DNA of 64,000 nucleotides from Negaprion brevirostris (taxonomy: Eukaryota), in NCBI GenBank assembly GCA_030324005.1, contig JARDVH010000160.1:22818297-22882296 (forward strand). The letters run 5' to 3'. Of the stretch, positions 62,342 through 64,000 are shown piece by piece. Every line of letters starts with the position of its first letter. The stretch's first letter is position 1. Below the pieces are notes generated by a model. That model had not been told where the DNA came from and searched no databases. It was given only the letters and a program-made list of their open reading frames with translations. The translations under genes and the position numbers were made by a program.

Positions 62342-63677
62342 ATCACTAAACTAAACAACTAAAGTTGTGCACCATGAATGTTCACCTCCACAACCCTTGG
62401 ATTTAAGGATTCATACCAGTTGGAATGGTCAGAGAGAGANNNNNNNNNNCGGCAGGGAAGAGAGAGAGAGAGAAAGCACGTGTTAAGCACCCTGGAAGCG
62501 AGGGTATAACTGGGCAGATCAATAACTGCAGAGGTATTGTGGCGAATGGAGGCAAGACAGTTAGGACCTTGAGGGTGACATTGGAAATGACTTGGAGTAA
62601 CAACTTCTTTCCAGGGACAGATGCAGGAGGGGTAGAGGTGGAGGATGTTACATAGGACTGTCTTCAAGGTGGAGAAATTGGGTTAAAAGTTCACTTCAAA
62701 GATCCTGAATTTCACTGTTTAGTTCATCTCAGCTTGAGTTGCATCAAAGACAGGGCAGTTGGCCACATAATTGGTGTTGCACTATACCAAAGACTATCCT
62801 ATATATACAGACTATGGTAATAAATTGCCTTTTTAAAGAAATATACTCAGGACAATGGCTTGCTTAAATTACATCCTATATCTAACATATATTTTTTATA
62901 TATGTATATATAAACATGCAAAACGAGAACCTTAGGTGACTGAAAGTAGATTGTTGCCTGCGTGAAGATAATCTTGTCACATACCCCAAGAATAATACTG
63001 AACTGCTCTTGGCTTATTAAGGCTCTCCTCGCTATTTTATAATGGTACTTCCCTCCTCTTCATATCTCAGTACCCTCCACTCCTTGTTTCACCTCTCAGT
63101 CTCCCAGATCACACTCTTCTAATTCCAACATCCCAAATCTGCACTCAACTGCCCCCTCAGGCTCCTGGTCACCTGCTTCCCATCTCCCTGTTGCTCCCAT
63201 GTGCGACTGTCAGAATACCTCTTAAATAAAATTTCCTATTCTCTGGCAAGCTGCAGAAATAGAGAAGGCCCTTATATGTGGATTTTAGATTATTTTAGAT
63301 GTTTTTGTTTTGACTGGACGAAATGAATATTATTTCATTATAAATGATATAATAAAATAATGATTAAATTATAATAAAATATTATATGAAATATAATGAA
63401 ATATTATTTAATCATAAACATTATAAATGGGTTGTTTTATACACAAGGCAATATGGTTCCACAATGTTATAACATTATTGTTCATAGGTAGCAATGCCCT
63501 CTCACCGACAGTCACAAGCTCTGACCAATATTGCAAAATGCACTTCCCTCAGACAACTTAAATTCCATCAACACACCAAGATTCTTCCACAGTTTCATTC
63601 CCAAACAGCTCATCCTGTGTTAAAAATACAATGACACCTCCAACTGCTGACTTGTTGAAACCAGCAAACAAATTGAT

Positions 63678-63955
63678 CAACAACCTGCATTTATTTATAT
63701 AACTCATTCAACATAGGAGAATGTCCCAAGGCGCTTTACAGGATCATTACCTAACAAAATTTGACCTTGAAACACACTAGGAATAGGTTTGAAGAGGTCC
63801 TTAAAGGAGGAAGTGAGGTTGAGAGGCAGGTAAGTTTAGAGAGGAAAGTTCAGAGCTTACGGCCAAGGTGGCTGCGGGAGCAATTAAAACCAGGGGTGAG
63901 CAACAGGATGAGCGTAGAGGCCTCAGCAGGTGCGGGCTAGAGCAGGTTACAGAGT
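63678..63955 (-). mobile_element. L2-like LINE 3' terminus
   Basis: caacaacctgcatttatttatataactc...gtcccaaggcgctttacagg. Confidence 0.65.
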
Positions 63956-64000
63956 CACACATGCTTGTGCAAACACAATGTAAAAATAGGGCAAGAAATA

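Noticed and set aside
1-64000. CRISPR array or prokaryotic operon
   Set aside because: No regularly spaced repeats; the sequence is vertebrate intronic DNA.

Overview
Eukaryotic, repeat-rich, gap-ridden draft sequence from a cartilaginous fish. The shark assignment rests on many HE1-like V-SINEs, CR1/HER1-type LINEs and SacSINE1-like DeuSINEs. The window lies inside the sorting nexin-19 gene (snx19) on the minus strand. Seven internal coding exons were read with GT-AG borders and consistent phases, covering most of the PX domain through the start of the C-terminal PXC/Nexin_C region. The large first exon and the last exons were not seen. Almost all listed ORFs are spurious or are retroelement fragments. 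The introns hold SINEs, CR1, L2 and Rex1-like LINE ends, two decayed Gypsy pol remnants, hAT MITEs with 8-bp TSDs and short Penelope-type repeats with hammerhead cores. The most notable observation is a ~290-bp interspersed repeat headed by the 5' ~39 nt of U2 snRNA (stem-loop I plus branch-point recognition sequence). It is followed by an Sm-like U tract, a second U2 stem-loop-I copy and a chain of GATCAAGC hairpins. It occurs at two loci: 59542-59830 (minus strand, with A-tail and a 14-bp candidate TSD) and 6961-7345 (plus strand, with a 117-bp fold-back duplication). It looks like a shark U2-headed SINE or structured-RNA retroposon. All family names come from recall of consensus sequences, not from database searches, and repeat boundaries are approximate.
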